DNA of 41,227 nucleotides. It comes from Candidatus Micrarchaeota archaeon. GTDB lineage: Archaea; Micrarchaeota; Micrarchaeia; Anstonellales; Bilamarchaeaceae. Positions 8,509-16,147 of the stretch are shown here, one piece after another. The translations under genes and the position numbers were made by a program. The DNA is taken from assembly GCA_026992595.1 (NCBI GenBank), contig JALWZW010000050.1:1-41227 (forward strand). Reading direction: 5' to 3'. Each line of letters starts with the position of its first letter. Position 1 is the stretch's first letter. The notes beneath the pieces are model-generated. The model did no database searches. It worked only from the letters and a program-made list of their open reading frames with translations, and was not told where the DNA came from.

Positions 8509-9642
8509 ATGGCGCTTCCAGATATGTTGGCTTCTTGGGAGGTGGGTTATGTTCCTATTATTGCAGTGGTTTCTCTTACCGCCACTGCCATTTATGCAAC
8601 GCTGCTAGGGTTTGCCAAAGCTTTTAACATGCCTAATTTAGAGCGTTTTGCTAAATCTGAGTTAGCGCAGGTTATTGCTACGGTGTTGATGACTGCCTTT
8701 TTGCTCTTTTTTGTGGGCTCTGCGCTTGAAGTGGCTTCTTCTCTTATAGGTGGAAATATTTACTGCGCCGGCGAATTATATACCTTTGGCGGCTATGAGT
8801 TTGACCCTTCTGAAGGTATTGTTTATGAAAACCAACCTTTGAACAAAGCGTTTGAACTTATTAAGTGCAAATTGAGGACAAGGGGTAAAGAAGTGGGCGA
8901 ATTTATTGACTCTATGTTCCCTCAACTAACGCAAACCAGCCCTCTTCCTTCTCTATCGGGCAGGGCGGCAGAACTTTACATGATCTACTTTCTCTACTAC
9001 TTCAGCGCGAGCGTTTTAGGGATTCCTATCTATAATGGGCAGTTTGGTTTAGGTGGTGGATGGGCCGGAGCGGCAGGGGGCGAACTTTTAAGCGTTTATG
9101 GTTTGGTGGAACAGTCCCGCCTTCTCCTCATGTTTGCGGTAAATGTTTTGGTTGCGATTAACAGCCAATATGCTCTTGTGCTCTATATTCAAAAAACCTT
9201 CCTTGCCATTTTCCTGCCTTTGGGTATTCTTTTAAGGTCTTTCTATTTCACAAGAAGTATAGGTGCCCTGTTTATCTCTCTCGCTCTTTCTCTCTATTTT
9301 GTTTATCCTGTTGTTTATATTCTTTTGGACCCTGGATTTGCGCCCTCTTCAACAAGCGAAGAAGAACCCGCCCCTTCTTCTGTTTCCTCTTTAGGTTGTG
9401 TTAATACCATGAACAGTTTTGCTACTGTTATGTCCTCCTTTGCTTCTGTTCAGCAGCAAACTGCCGCGGTAGGAGAAAGTGAAGGGCAAGCGAGCATTAG
9501 CGATTATTCGCGCTTCTATTTAGAACTTTTGATACACCCTCTTGTTTCTCTCTCTATTTCGCTGTTGGTAGCGCGTTATGTGATGCATCTTTTAGGTGGC
9601 GATCCTTATGCGTTTGCCCGCTTTGCGGCAAAAGTAATATAA
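8509..9642 (+). CDS. Polytopic membrane protein, paralog 6 of 6 (function unknown)
   Basis: Starts 4 nt after the paralog 5 stop. Motifs FAKSELAQVIATVLMTAF and LLRSFYFTRSIGALFISLALSLYFVYPV. Tail LLGGDPYAFARFAAKVI. Confidence 0.8.
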   Translation: MALPDMLASWEVGYVPIIAVVSLTATAIYATLLGFAKAFNMPNLERFAKSELAQVIATVLMTAFLLFFVGSALEVASSLIGGNIYCAGELYTFGGYEFDPSEGIVYENQPLNKAFELIKCKLRTRGKEVGEFIDSMFPQLTQTSPLPSLSGRAAELYMIYFLYYFSASVLGIPIYNGQFGLGGGWAGAAGGELLSVYGLVEQSRLLLMFAVNVLVAINSQYALVLYIQKTFLAIFLPLGILLRSFYFTRSIGALFISLALSLYFVYPVVYILLDPGFAPSSTSEEEPAPSSVSSLGCVNTMNSFATVMSSFASVQQQTAAVGESEGQASISDYSRFYLELLIHPLVSLSISLLVARYVMHLLGGDPYAFARFAAKVI

Positions 9643-9665
9643 ATTTCACAGTGGATTAGGAAGTT

Positions 9666-10367
9666 ATGATAACCTTTCACGCTACTGCGGATCTAAAAAA
9701 ACTGAGAGAACCTTTAATAATCGTTGGCTTGCCTGGCACCGGCTTGGTCGGAAGTGTGGCTGCTTCCCATCTTATTGACGCGCTTAAAATGAGGTTTTGC
9801 GGCTACATTTCTAGCCCTGAATTTGCCCCTCTTGCCGCTATCCATAATTATACTCCCATGCCTGCTGCGCGCATCCATTACTCTTCTAAGCATAATTTAG
9901 TAGTTATTCTTTCTGAAATGAGCATTCCTGTTTCCCTCTCTTCGGAGTTGGCTAACAAAATTTTTGATTTTGCGCAAGAACTTAACGCAAGCGGGATAAT
10001 TTCTTTAGGCGGTATCTCTATAGAAGGCGGTAAAAAGGTGTATGTGGTTTCAAGCGATAAAAGGATTATAAGAGATGTGCGGCCTTATGCTCAACCTATT
10101 AGAGAGGGTGCAACCACTGGCGTTACCGCCATTTTGCTCACTAAGGGCACTTTGGAGAAGTTTCCCATCACTACTCTATTGGCAGAATCTGCTGAGGAAT
10201 ATTTGGACCCCGGAGCTGCGGCGCGCGTTTTAAAAACCCTTTCCAAAATTATAGGTGTTCCTATTCCTACAGTGAAGTTAGAGAAAGAGGCAAAAGAGGT
10301 TGCAGAGCGCGCTGGCAAAGGGCGTGTTCGCAGAGGAGTTGGTGAAAGCGGGTCTATGTATGGATAG
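9666..10367 (+). CDS. PAC2-family protein (proteasome assembly chaperone-like, PbaA/PbaB type)
   Basis: 233 aa. N-terminal LIIVGLPGTGLVGSVAASHLID is typical of the PAC2 family. The C-terminus ends ...SMYG, a hydrophobic-Tyr-X (HbYX-like) tripeptide. Located 23 nt downstream of paralog 6. Confidence 0.65.
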   Translation: MITFHATADLKKLREPLIIVGLPGTGLVGSVAASHLIDALKMRFCGYISSPEFAPLAAIHNYTPMPAARIHYSSKHNLVVILSEMSIPVSLSSELANKIFDFAQELNASGIISLGGISIEGGKKVYVVSSDKRIIRDVRPYAQPIREGATTGVTAILLTKGTLEKFPITTLLAESAEEYLDPGAAARVLKTLSKIIGVPIPTVKLEKEAKEVAERAGKGRVRRGVGESGSMYG

Positions 10368-11328
10368 TTTTCTAAAAAGGGCTTTTGAACTTGCTAAAAG
10401 GGCTAACCCTTCTCCCAATCCGCAGGTAGGGGCAGTGGTGGTTAAGGACGGCGAGATTGTGGGGGAAGGTTGGCATAAAAAAGCAGGGGGGCCTCATGCT
10501 GAAGTGGTTGCGCTTGAGGAAGCGGGAAGGGATGCGCAAGGCGCAACTCTCTATGTCTCTTTAGAGCCCTGCGCCCATTTTGGCAAAACCCCTCCCTGCA
10601 CCTATTTTATAAAGCGCAGCGGTATTAAGCGGGTGGTTTTTGGGCTCTCTGATGACCCCATTAGCGGCGGGGCTGATGAGTTGCGGGAGAGCGGCATGGA
10701 AGTGGAAGGACCTTTTAAAACGCGCCCTCTGCCCCCTCAAATAACTGTCAAAATGGCGGCAAGTTTAGATGGGAAAAGTGCTACTTACACAGGTGACTCT
10801 AAATGGATCACTCCTTTGGAGGTTAGGCGCTTGGTGCATAAATTAAGGGCGGTTTTTGACGCGGTGGTGGTAGGTGCAAACACTGTTAAAAAAGATGACC
10901 CAGAACTTACCGCGCACGGCATGGGAAAGGATCCTGTGAAAGTTATTTTAGATAGCGATTTTTGCATTAACCCTCGCGCCAGAGTGTTTAAAAAGGGGCG
11001 GGTTGTGATTGCATCTCCTCGCCCCTCTCCCTCCTCTTATCCTGCTGAAGTTATTTCCTTTACCAGTTTAAAGCAGTTGGTCGCTCTTTTGAGAGAGCGG
11101 GTGGGGGAGCGCATTTTGATTGAGGGGGGTAACAGCGTTAACGCATCTTTTTTCCGCGAGGGTTTGGTGGACCGCTTCATTGTTTTTATAAGCCCTAAAC
11201 TTATCGGCGGCGATGGCTTGCCTTTAATCGGCCCGTTGGGAATAAAGAAAATCGCACAGTGCGAAGAGTTTGAAATAAAAAAGATTAGGTTTTTTAAACG
11301 TCATGTTGTGCTTGACTGTTATCGCTGA
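10360..11328 (+). CDS. ribD: Bifunctional riboflavin biosynthesis protein RibD (pyrimidine deaminase / uracil reductase)
   Basis: Deaminase zinc motifs HAEVVAL and PCAHFGKTPPC are followed by the reductase-domain signature ITVKMAASLDGK...VVVGANTV. The ORF track starts at 10300. The ATG at 10360 (MDSFLKRAFELA) fits the family N-terminus and overlaps the PAC2 stop by 8 nt. Confidence 0.85.
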   Translation: MDSFLKRAFELAKRANPSPNPQVGAVVVKDGEIVGEGWHKKAGGPHAEVVALEEAGRDAQGATLYVSLEPCAHFGKTPPCTYFIKRSGIKRVVFGLSDDPISGGADELRESGMEVEGPFKTRPLPPQITVKMAASLDGKSATYTGDSKWITPLEVRRLVHKLRAVFDAVVVGANTVKKDDPELTAHGMGKDPVKVILDSDFCINPRARVFKKGRVVIASPRPSPSSYPAEVISFTSLKQLVALLRERVGERILIEGGNSVNASFFREGLVDRFIVFISPKLIGGDGLPLIGPLGIKKIAQCEEFEIKKIRFFKRHVVLDCYR

Positions 11329-12646
11329 CATTCACTGCAGCTTTTTCTTCACTTTCTTCTTCACTTCCCTCCTCTTTTTGTTCAACAATTCTTTCTATCT
11401 CACGAAATCTTAGCACTGAACCTATATCATAATCTGCTGGCCTATTACCATAAACATCTAAGGGCCCTTCTCTATTATATCCCAAACTTTCCATTTTTTC
11501 GAGAAACTCGCTAAATTCGGGTGTGTATTCTCCCTGCATAAAGGCATAGTGCATTAATGTTCTCCCCTCTTTATCTACTGTTTGAGGGTTCCAGCTTTTG
11601 GCTATTTCTAACGCTTTTTCATAGTTGCCTAAAGCAAGGGCTTCTTCAAACTTTTTGACCAGTGCCTCACACATGGTATGGAATTTTTCTTCTCTTTTGT
11701 TATCTTCCTGTTGTAGTTTTTTCTTCTCTTCTTCCCTCTTTCTCCTTTCTTCTCTTCGTGCTTCTTCTTCCAAAGCGTGAAGTAAATAGTTATCTATTAT
11801 CGCAGATGTAGGTGTTAGATCTCCCTTCCAACTAAGCAATAAAAGCAATTCCATTGCTCTTCTATTCCTTCTTTCGTATGCTCTTACAAATAAGGGAGTG
11901 CCATCTTCAAGCATGTATCGCGCATGGTCTGTGATGTGTGTGATGTTTGTCTTTTTCCCATTAGCAAGCTTCTTGAGGGCTTTTAAAGAGTTTCTTTTTG
12001 ATGACGCCCCCTTCTCTATTTTAAGGGCCACTCGAGACGACCTTATCATAAACCCGCAAAGGGAAATAAAAACTCCTATTCCCACTGCACCGATAAGAGG
12101 TGCTCCCTGCATTAAGAACATGCCTGTCACTACCAGAGGAATTATTATTGTTCGTGTCAGTAGAGCCCACCTATTGCTTACGCCTCTATAGTGCCTATTG
12201 CTTACGTCTCTATAGTGTCTTTCTAGATCTCTACTTTCTATATCCAGGCTTCTAAACTCCTTCTTTCTATCTTGATATATTCTGAAAAAAACAAGGTAAA
12301 GCTCTTCATTGCTCAACTTGTGGAGATTTGCTATTGCATTCTTCATTGATTGTTCGCTTCCTTCTCTTAACCACTTTTCCATTTTATCTACTAAGCTCTC
12401 TTCTTGCTTTCTTCCTGTTTCTACTCTGTATCTAACTATAGCGGCTCTTTGCTCCATTTCTCCGTCTGTTTGAGGGTTTTTTGCTGCAAAGAGCTTCTTT
12501 ACTTCGTTTAGAGAAGGGGTTGCTCTGGATAGTTTTGGCTCTCTTGGGCGGTATTCTTCGTATCCACAGTAGTACTCGCGGTATGGATCAGAGTAGTCGT
12601 AGCGGTGATAATCTCTTTTTATCCCACGCATTTTTACTTTCCTCAT
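11294..12646 (-). CDS. Hypothetical membrane protein with ankyrin-like repeats and charged coiled-coil regions (paralog of 12-635)
   Basis: 450 aa. Central TM pair (IIIPLVVTGMFLMQGAPLIGAVGIGVFISLCGFMI). Ankyrin-like LEDGTPLFVRAYERRNRRAMELLLLL and DKEGRTLMHYAFMQGE. KE-rich stretch. In-frame 8-aa duplication HYRDVSNR/HYRGVSNR. Confidence 0.6.
   Translation of the reverse strand: MRKVKMRGIKRDYHRYDYSDPYREYYCGYEEYRPREPKLSRATPSLNEVKKLFAAKNPQTDGEMEQRAAIVRYRVETGRKQEESLVDKMEKWLREGSEQSMKNAIANLHKLSNEELYLVFFRIYQDRKKEFRSLDIESRDLERHYRDVSNRHYRGVSNRWALLTRTIIIPLVVTGMFLMQGAPLIGAVGIGVFISLCGFMIRSSRVALKIEKGASSKRNSLKALKKLANGKKTNITHITDHARYMLEDGTPLFVRAYERRNRRAMELLLLLSWKGDLTPTSAIIDNYLLHALEEEARREERRKREEEKKKLQQEDNKREEKFHTMCEALVKKFEEALALGNYEKALEIAKSWNPQTVDKEGRTLMHYAFMQGEYTPEFSEFLEKMESLGYNREGPLDVYGNRPADYDIGSVLRFREIERIVEQKEEGSEEESEEKAAVNVSDNSQAQHDV
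12170..12217. repeat. Perfect-phase 24-bp tandem duplication (2 copies, 1 mismatch) inside the CDS at 11294-12646
   Basis: CCTATTGCTTACGCCTCTATAGTG is followed directly by CCTATTGCTTACGTCTCTATAGTG. On the minus strand this encodes HYRDVSNR-HYRGVSNR. Confidence 0.9.
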
Positions 12647-12660
12647 GTTATTATATATGT

Positions 12661-14964
12661 TTATTTATGTTTAAAAAATCTTTTCTTTAAAGCTGATCGC
12701 ACATGCTTCAAAAGCATTCTTTTCTCTGCAGAGGCCACGATGCGCCTTGTTCTTTCCACTGCGTCGGGATTTACTGAAATGCTGGTTATTCCAAATTCCA
12801 CCAATTTTTCTGCGAACTCGGGATAAACAGAGGGCGCCTGACCGCAAAGCGAGACAGTAACGCCGTGCTTGTTGCAGCGCTCTATCACATGCCTTATTGC
12901 CCTTAAAACCGCTTCATTTCTTTCATCAAAATCGCGCGCCAACTCTCTATTATCTCTATCAATCCCTAAAATCAGTTGCGTCAGGTCGTTGGTGCCTATG
13001 GAAACGCCATCTATACCTTCTTCACAGAACTCATCTATTAAAAATACGGTGCTGGGCACCTCTACCATTATCCACAATTTAAAATCTCTTTTAAACAACC
13101 CTGCCTCTCTTACCATCCCCTTTATTTCTCTCAATTCCTCCACGGTGCGCACAAAAGGTATCATAAGCCATAGATTCTTCAACTTAAACTCTTCGCGCAC
13201 CTTTTTTATTGCCTCCAACTCCATTCTAAACACGTCCGGCTCTCTCGCATAGCGCGAGGCGCCTCTGTAGCCGATCATGGGGTTTTCTTCGTGCGGCTCG
13301 TACTTTTCCCCTCCTTTGAGGTTGCGGTATTCGTTGGTTTTAAAATCAGTTGCGCGATACACCACCGGGCGCGGATAGAAAGCCGCAGCAAATCTGCGCA
13401 GCCCTTCTGCCAACCTTTCTACATACTCTTTCTCCCTCCCTTCTTCTATCACTTTTTTAGGATGTTCGCCTATCTGCGCCAACATAAATTCTGCGCGCAA
13501 AAGCCCTACTCCATCTACAGGATATTTAGCTATTTTCTCTGCCTGCTCCACATCTGCCAAATTCACATATATTTTTGTTCCTGTAATGGGCGCGGACACT
13601 GTTTGCGCCACCACTTTCTTAACCTCCTTTTCCTCGCCTGTCACAAACCCTTCATATACCAACCCTCTCTCTCCATCTACTGTCACTTCCATGCCGTCTT
13701 TAAGCAGTTTGGTTGCTTCTCCTGTGCCCACCACGCAGGGCACCCCCAATTCTCGGGAAACAATGGCTGCATGGCTGGTCATCCCTCCTGTATCTGTTAT
13801 AATAGCCGCCGCTTTTTTCATGGCAGGCACAAAATCAGGGGTGGTCATTTCTGTAACCAGCACCTCTCCGCTTTGCATTTTGCTTATCTCTTTCGCGCTT
13901 TTTATTATTCTCACACGGCCCATTCCTAAGCCCGGGGAAGCGCCCAACCCTTGCAAAAGCACCTTCCCCTCTTTTTTAGCGCTCTTCTGCTTTATCTTTG
14001 CCTCTTTTTTAAGGGTGGTTATGGGGCGCGATTGCACTATGTACAAATTCCCTCCTTCAAACGCATATTCAATATCTTGAGGAAACCTATAATGGTCCTC
14101 AATTTTTTTGCACACCTTTGCCAATTCCTTTATCTCGCTGTCTGAAAGTTTTTGAAGCCCGCGCGCCTCTTCCTTAATCTCCACATGCTGGTTTTTGCCG
14201 TTTACCCGCACAATCATCCAGGGCTGTTTGCTTATTTTTTTATCCACTATCTCAAAAGTTCTCTTGTCTACTTTATAGGTGTCAGGTGTTATCTTGCCGC
14301 TTACCACCACCTCGCCCAGCCCATACGCCGCTTCTATGGACATGATGTTGGGGTCCTGAGAAAGCGGGTCTACCGTAAACACCACCCCCGCCTTCTCGCT
14401 TTGCACCATCTTTTGCACCACTGCGGCCAGAGCCACTTTCATATGGTCAAAACCGTTTTCCTCTCTATAAAAGATGGCGCGCGGCTCAAATAGGGAAGCC
14501 CAGCATTTTTTAACCGCTTCCACCACAGCGTCCGCGCCTTTAACATTAAGGAAAGTGGATTGCTGTCCTGCAAAGGAGGCGTTGGGAAGGTCCTCTGCAG
14601 TTGCTGAACTGCGCACCGCAACATATTCTTCCCTTCCCCCTATTTCATTCAACCGCTTATATGCTTCTCTTATCGCTTTTTCTACTTCCTTGGGTATGGG
14701 AGATTGAAGGATGAGCTCTTTTATTTTCTCAGACGCCTTTACCAACTGCTCATGATCATTAATATCTGTCTCTTTCAATATCTCTGCTATTTTCTCTTTT
14801 ATGTGGTTTTTTTCCAAATGCTTAAAATATGCGCCGCTCGTGGTGCAAAAGCCGTTAGGAATAGGAAAACCATTCTGAAACATCTCTCCCAAATTTGCCC
14901 CTTTCCCTCCAACCTCTGCCACATTTTCTTTACTCAACTCGCTGAACCACATTACATCTTTCAT
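12661..14964 (-). CDS. ppsA: Phosphoenolpyruvate synthase (pyruvate, water dikinase)
   Basis: 767 aa. N-terminal VGGKGANLGEM ATP-grasp signature, phosphohistidine swivel motif GGMTSHAAIVSRELGVPCVVG, and a C-terminal PEP-utilising TIM barrel (GVSIGTNDLTQL). Confidence 0.95.
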   Translation of the reverse strand: MKDVMWFSELSKENVAEVGGKGANLGEMFQNGFPIPNGFCTTSGAYFKHLEKNHIKEKIAEILKETDINDHEQLVKASEKIKELILQSPIPKEVEKAIREAYKRLNEIGGREEYVAVRSSATAEDLPNASFAGQQSTFLNVKGADAVVEAVKKCWASLFEPRAIFYREENGFDHMKVALAAVVQKMVQSEKAGVVFTVDPLSQDPNIMSIEAAYGLGEVVVSGKITPDTYKVDKRTFEIVDKKISKQPWMIVRVNGKNQHVEIKEEARGLQKLSDSEIKELAKVCKKIEDHYRFPQDIEYAFEGGNLYIVQSRPITTLKKEAKIKQKSAKKEGKVLLQGLGASPGLGMGRVRIIKSAKEISKMQSGEVLVTEMTTPDFVPAMKKAAAIITDTGGMTSHAAIVSRELGVPCVVGTGEATKLLKDGMEVTVDGERGLVYEGFVTGEEKEVKKVVAQTVSAPITGTKIYVNLADVEQAEKIAKYPVDGVGLLRAEFMLAQIGEHPKKVIEEGREKEYVERLAEGLRRFAAAFYPRPVVYRATDFKTNEYRNLKGGEKYEPHEENPMIGYRGASRYAREPDVFRMELEAIKKVREEFKLKNLWLMIPFVRTVEELREIKGMVREAGLFKRDFKLWIMVEVPSTVFLIDEFCEEGIDGVSIGTNDLTQLILGIDRDNRELARDFDERNEAVLRAIRHVIERCNKHGVTVSLCGQAPSVYPEFAEKLVEFGITSISVNPDAVERTRRIVASAEKRMLLKHVRSALKKRFFKHK

Positions 14965-15015
14965 GCCATCACCCTATCAAAAAACCAAAAGAAAATTTAA
15001 AAATAAGAGTTTTGA

Positions 15016-15080
15016 TTTAAAGTTTCCTACATCTCCCATTTAAAGGAAACTGTTTCCTAAAAATCTTACTTTTAGGAAAC
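15016..15080. repeat. 65-bp repeat copy A, containing two back-to-back inverted repeats (GTTTCCT-N15-AGGAAAC, twice)
   Basis: By hand alignment, 63 of 65 nt are identical to 16148-16212. Lies 52-116 nt upstream of the ppsA start (minus strand) and 12 nt beyond the stop of the ATPase gene. Confidence 0.9.
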
Positions 15081-15091
15081 AACCTTCTTAT

Positions 15092-16123
15092 TCATAAATT
15101 TTTAAGAGTGGTTCTAACCAATGGGTCTGCAATTATATATTTTCCATCTTTTTCTATGATAAATGAGTGTTCTTTCAATTTCTTCAGCGCTTTTGACAAA
15201 AAGCCGCGCGAGTGCGTAAGTTTTTTAGAAATAAGATAGGAGTTTATCTGCTCCCATGTAGAAAGAGAATAGGTAGCCATCCCTTTCAATATCTCCATAT
15301 ACGCTTTTTTATTCCTCTGTCTCTCCAAGAATTCAAAAAGTTCATCTGCCACTATGCTTTGTGCAAGTTTTTCCACCTCTTCCAGCGCTTCACCATGGCT
15401 TTTTTCCACTCTTTTATGGCCATAAAGGGTAAGCCACCCCATAAACCCACCTAACCTATTTACTGCTTCATTTAATTCCTCCATCGGAACGCTTTTCCCC
15501 ACCTCTTCAAACCCCCTCATGAGAAAGGTAAGCGCTTTGGCGCGGGAAAGGGGGTGGAGGGTAATTTCATAATAGGAACGCCCTTTAAGTGCTTTAGAAC
15601 CGTTGTTTTTCCCTATCAATCTTTCCAACAGCCCTATTTGAGAGCCCGCGATTATGGTGGTTAGCGATGGAAGGCGGTCGTAGATATAGGCGAGCCATCT
15701 ATCAAAGCCGTAAGAGAGCAACAGTTGTGCTTCATCTATAAATAAAAGCGCCTTTATTCTGCTCTTTCTTATTACCTCTTCGCTATCTTCCTCCTCTTTT
15801 AGGGAAAGGGCGATGTGGGGTAAATTTATCTCTTTAATCTCTATGCGCGAGAAAAGGGAAAGTTTGAAAGCAAGGCGCTTCATGGTTTTATTGAGCAGGG
15901 CCGCCATTCCTTCTTTTGAATGAACTGCCCTGCAGTCAATCCATTCGTAAGGCCTGTTTAAGCTATTTGCAACCACCCCCATCAAACTGCTCTTCCCCAC
16001 TCTCCTTAGCCCTTTTATGACTATCAACCGCTCCCTTCTGATTGCTTTAACAACCCCTTCAAACTCCTCTTCATAATTAAAAAAATCCTTTCTATCTGTT
16101 TTGGGCGCAGTGTCAAAGTACAT
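15092..16123 (-). CDS. Archaeal-type AAA ATPase (Arch_ATPase family) with a C-terminal winged-helix-like (DUF234-type) region
   Basis: 343 aa. Walker A-like GLRRVGKSSL and Walker B-like LLFIDEAQ. The C-terminal KKLKEHSFIIEKDGKYIIADPL is typical of the wHTH tail of this family. Confidence 0.75.
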   Translation of the reverse strand: MYFDTAPKTDRKDFFNYEEEFEGVVKAIRRERLIVIKGLRRVGKSSLMGVVANSLNRPYEWIDCRAVHSKEGMAALLNKTMKRLAFKLSLFSRIEIKEINLPHIALSLKEEEDSEEVIRKSRIKALLFIDEAQLLLSYGFDRWLAYIYDRLPSLTTIIAGSQIGLLERLIGKNNGSKALKGRSYYEITLHPLSRAKALTFLMRGFEEVGKSVPMEELNEAVNRLGGFMGWLTLYGHKRVEKSHGEALEEVEKLAQSIVADELFEFLERQRNKKAYMEILKGMATYSLSTWEQINSYLISKKLTHSRGFLSKALKKLKEHSFIIEKDGKYIIADPLVRTTLKNL

Positions 16124-16147
16124 ATTCCTTTTTTCTCCTTAACTCCT

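Noticed and set aside
2140-9642. The six-paralog array read as an archaellum, type IV pilus or type IV secretion locus
   Set aside because: No FlaI/VirB11/VirB4-type ATPase, no class III (prepilin-like) signal peptides, no prepilin peptidase and no FlaJ/TadC-like gene can be recognised in or next to the operon. The resemblance to VirB6 arrays is only organisational.
13291-14145. Long plus-strand ORFs (212 aa, 164 aa, 64 aa) inside the ppsA locus
   Set aside because: They are antisense to, or frame-shifted shadows of, a very confidently identified 767-aa PEP synthase gene. Their translations are low-complexity (Phe/His/Cys/Ser-rich) with no motifs.
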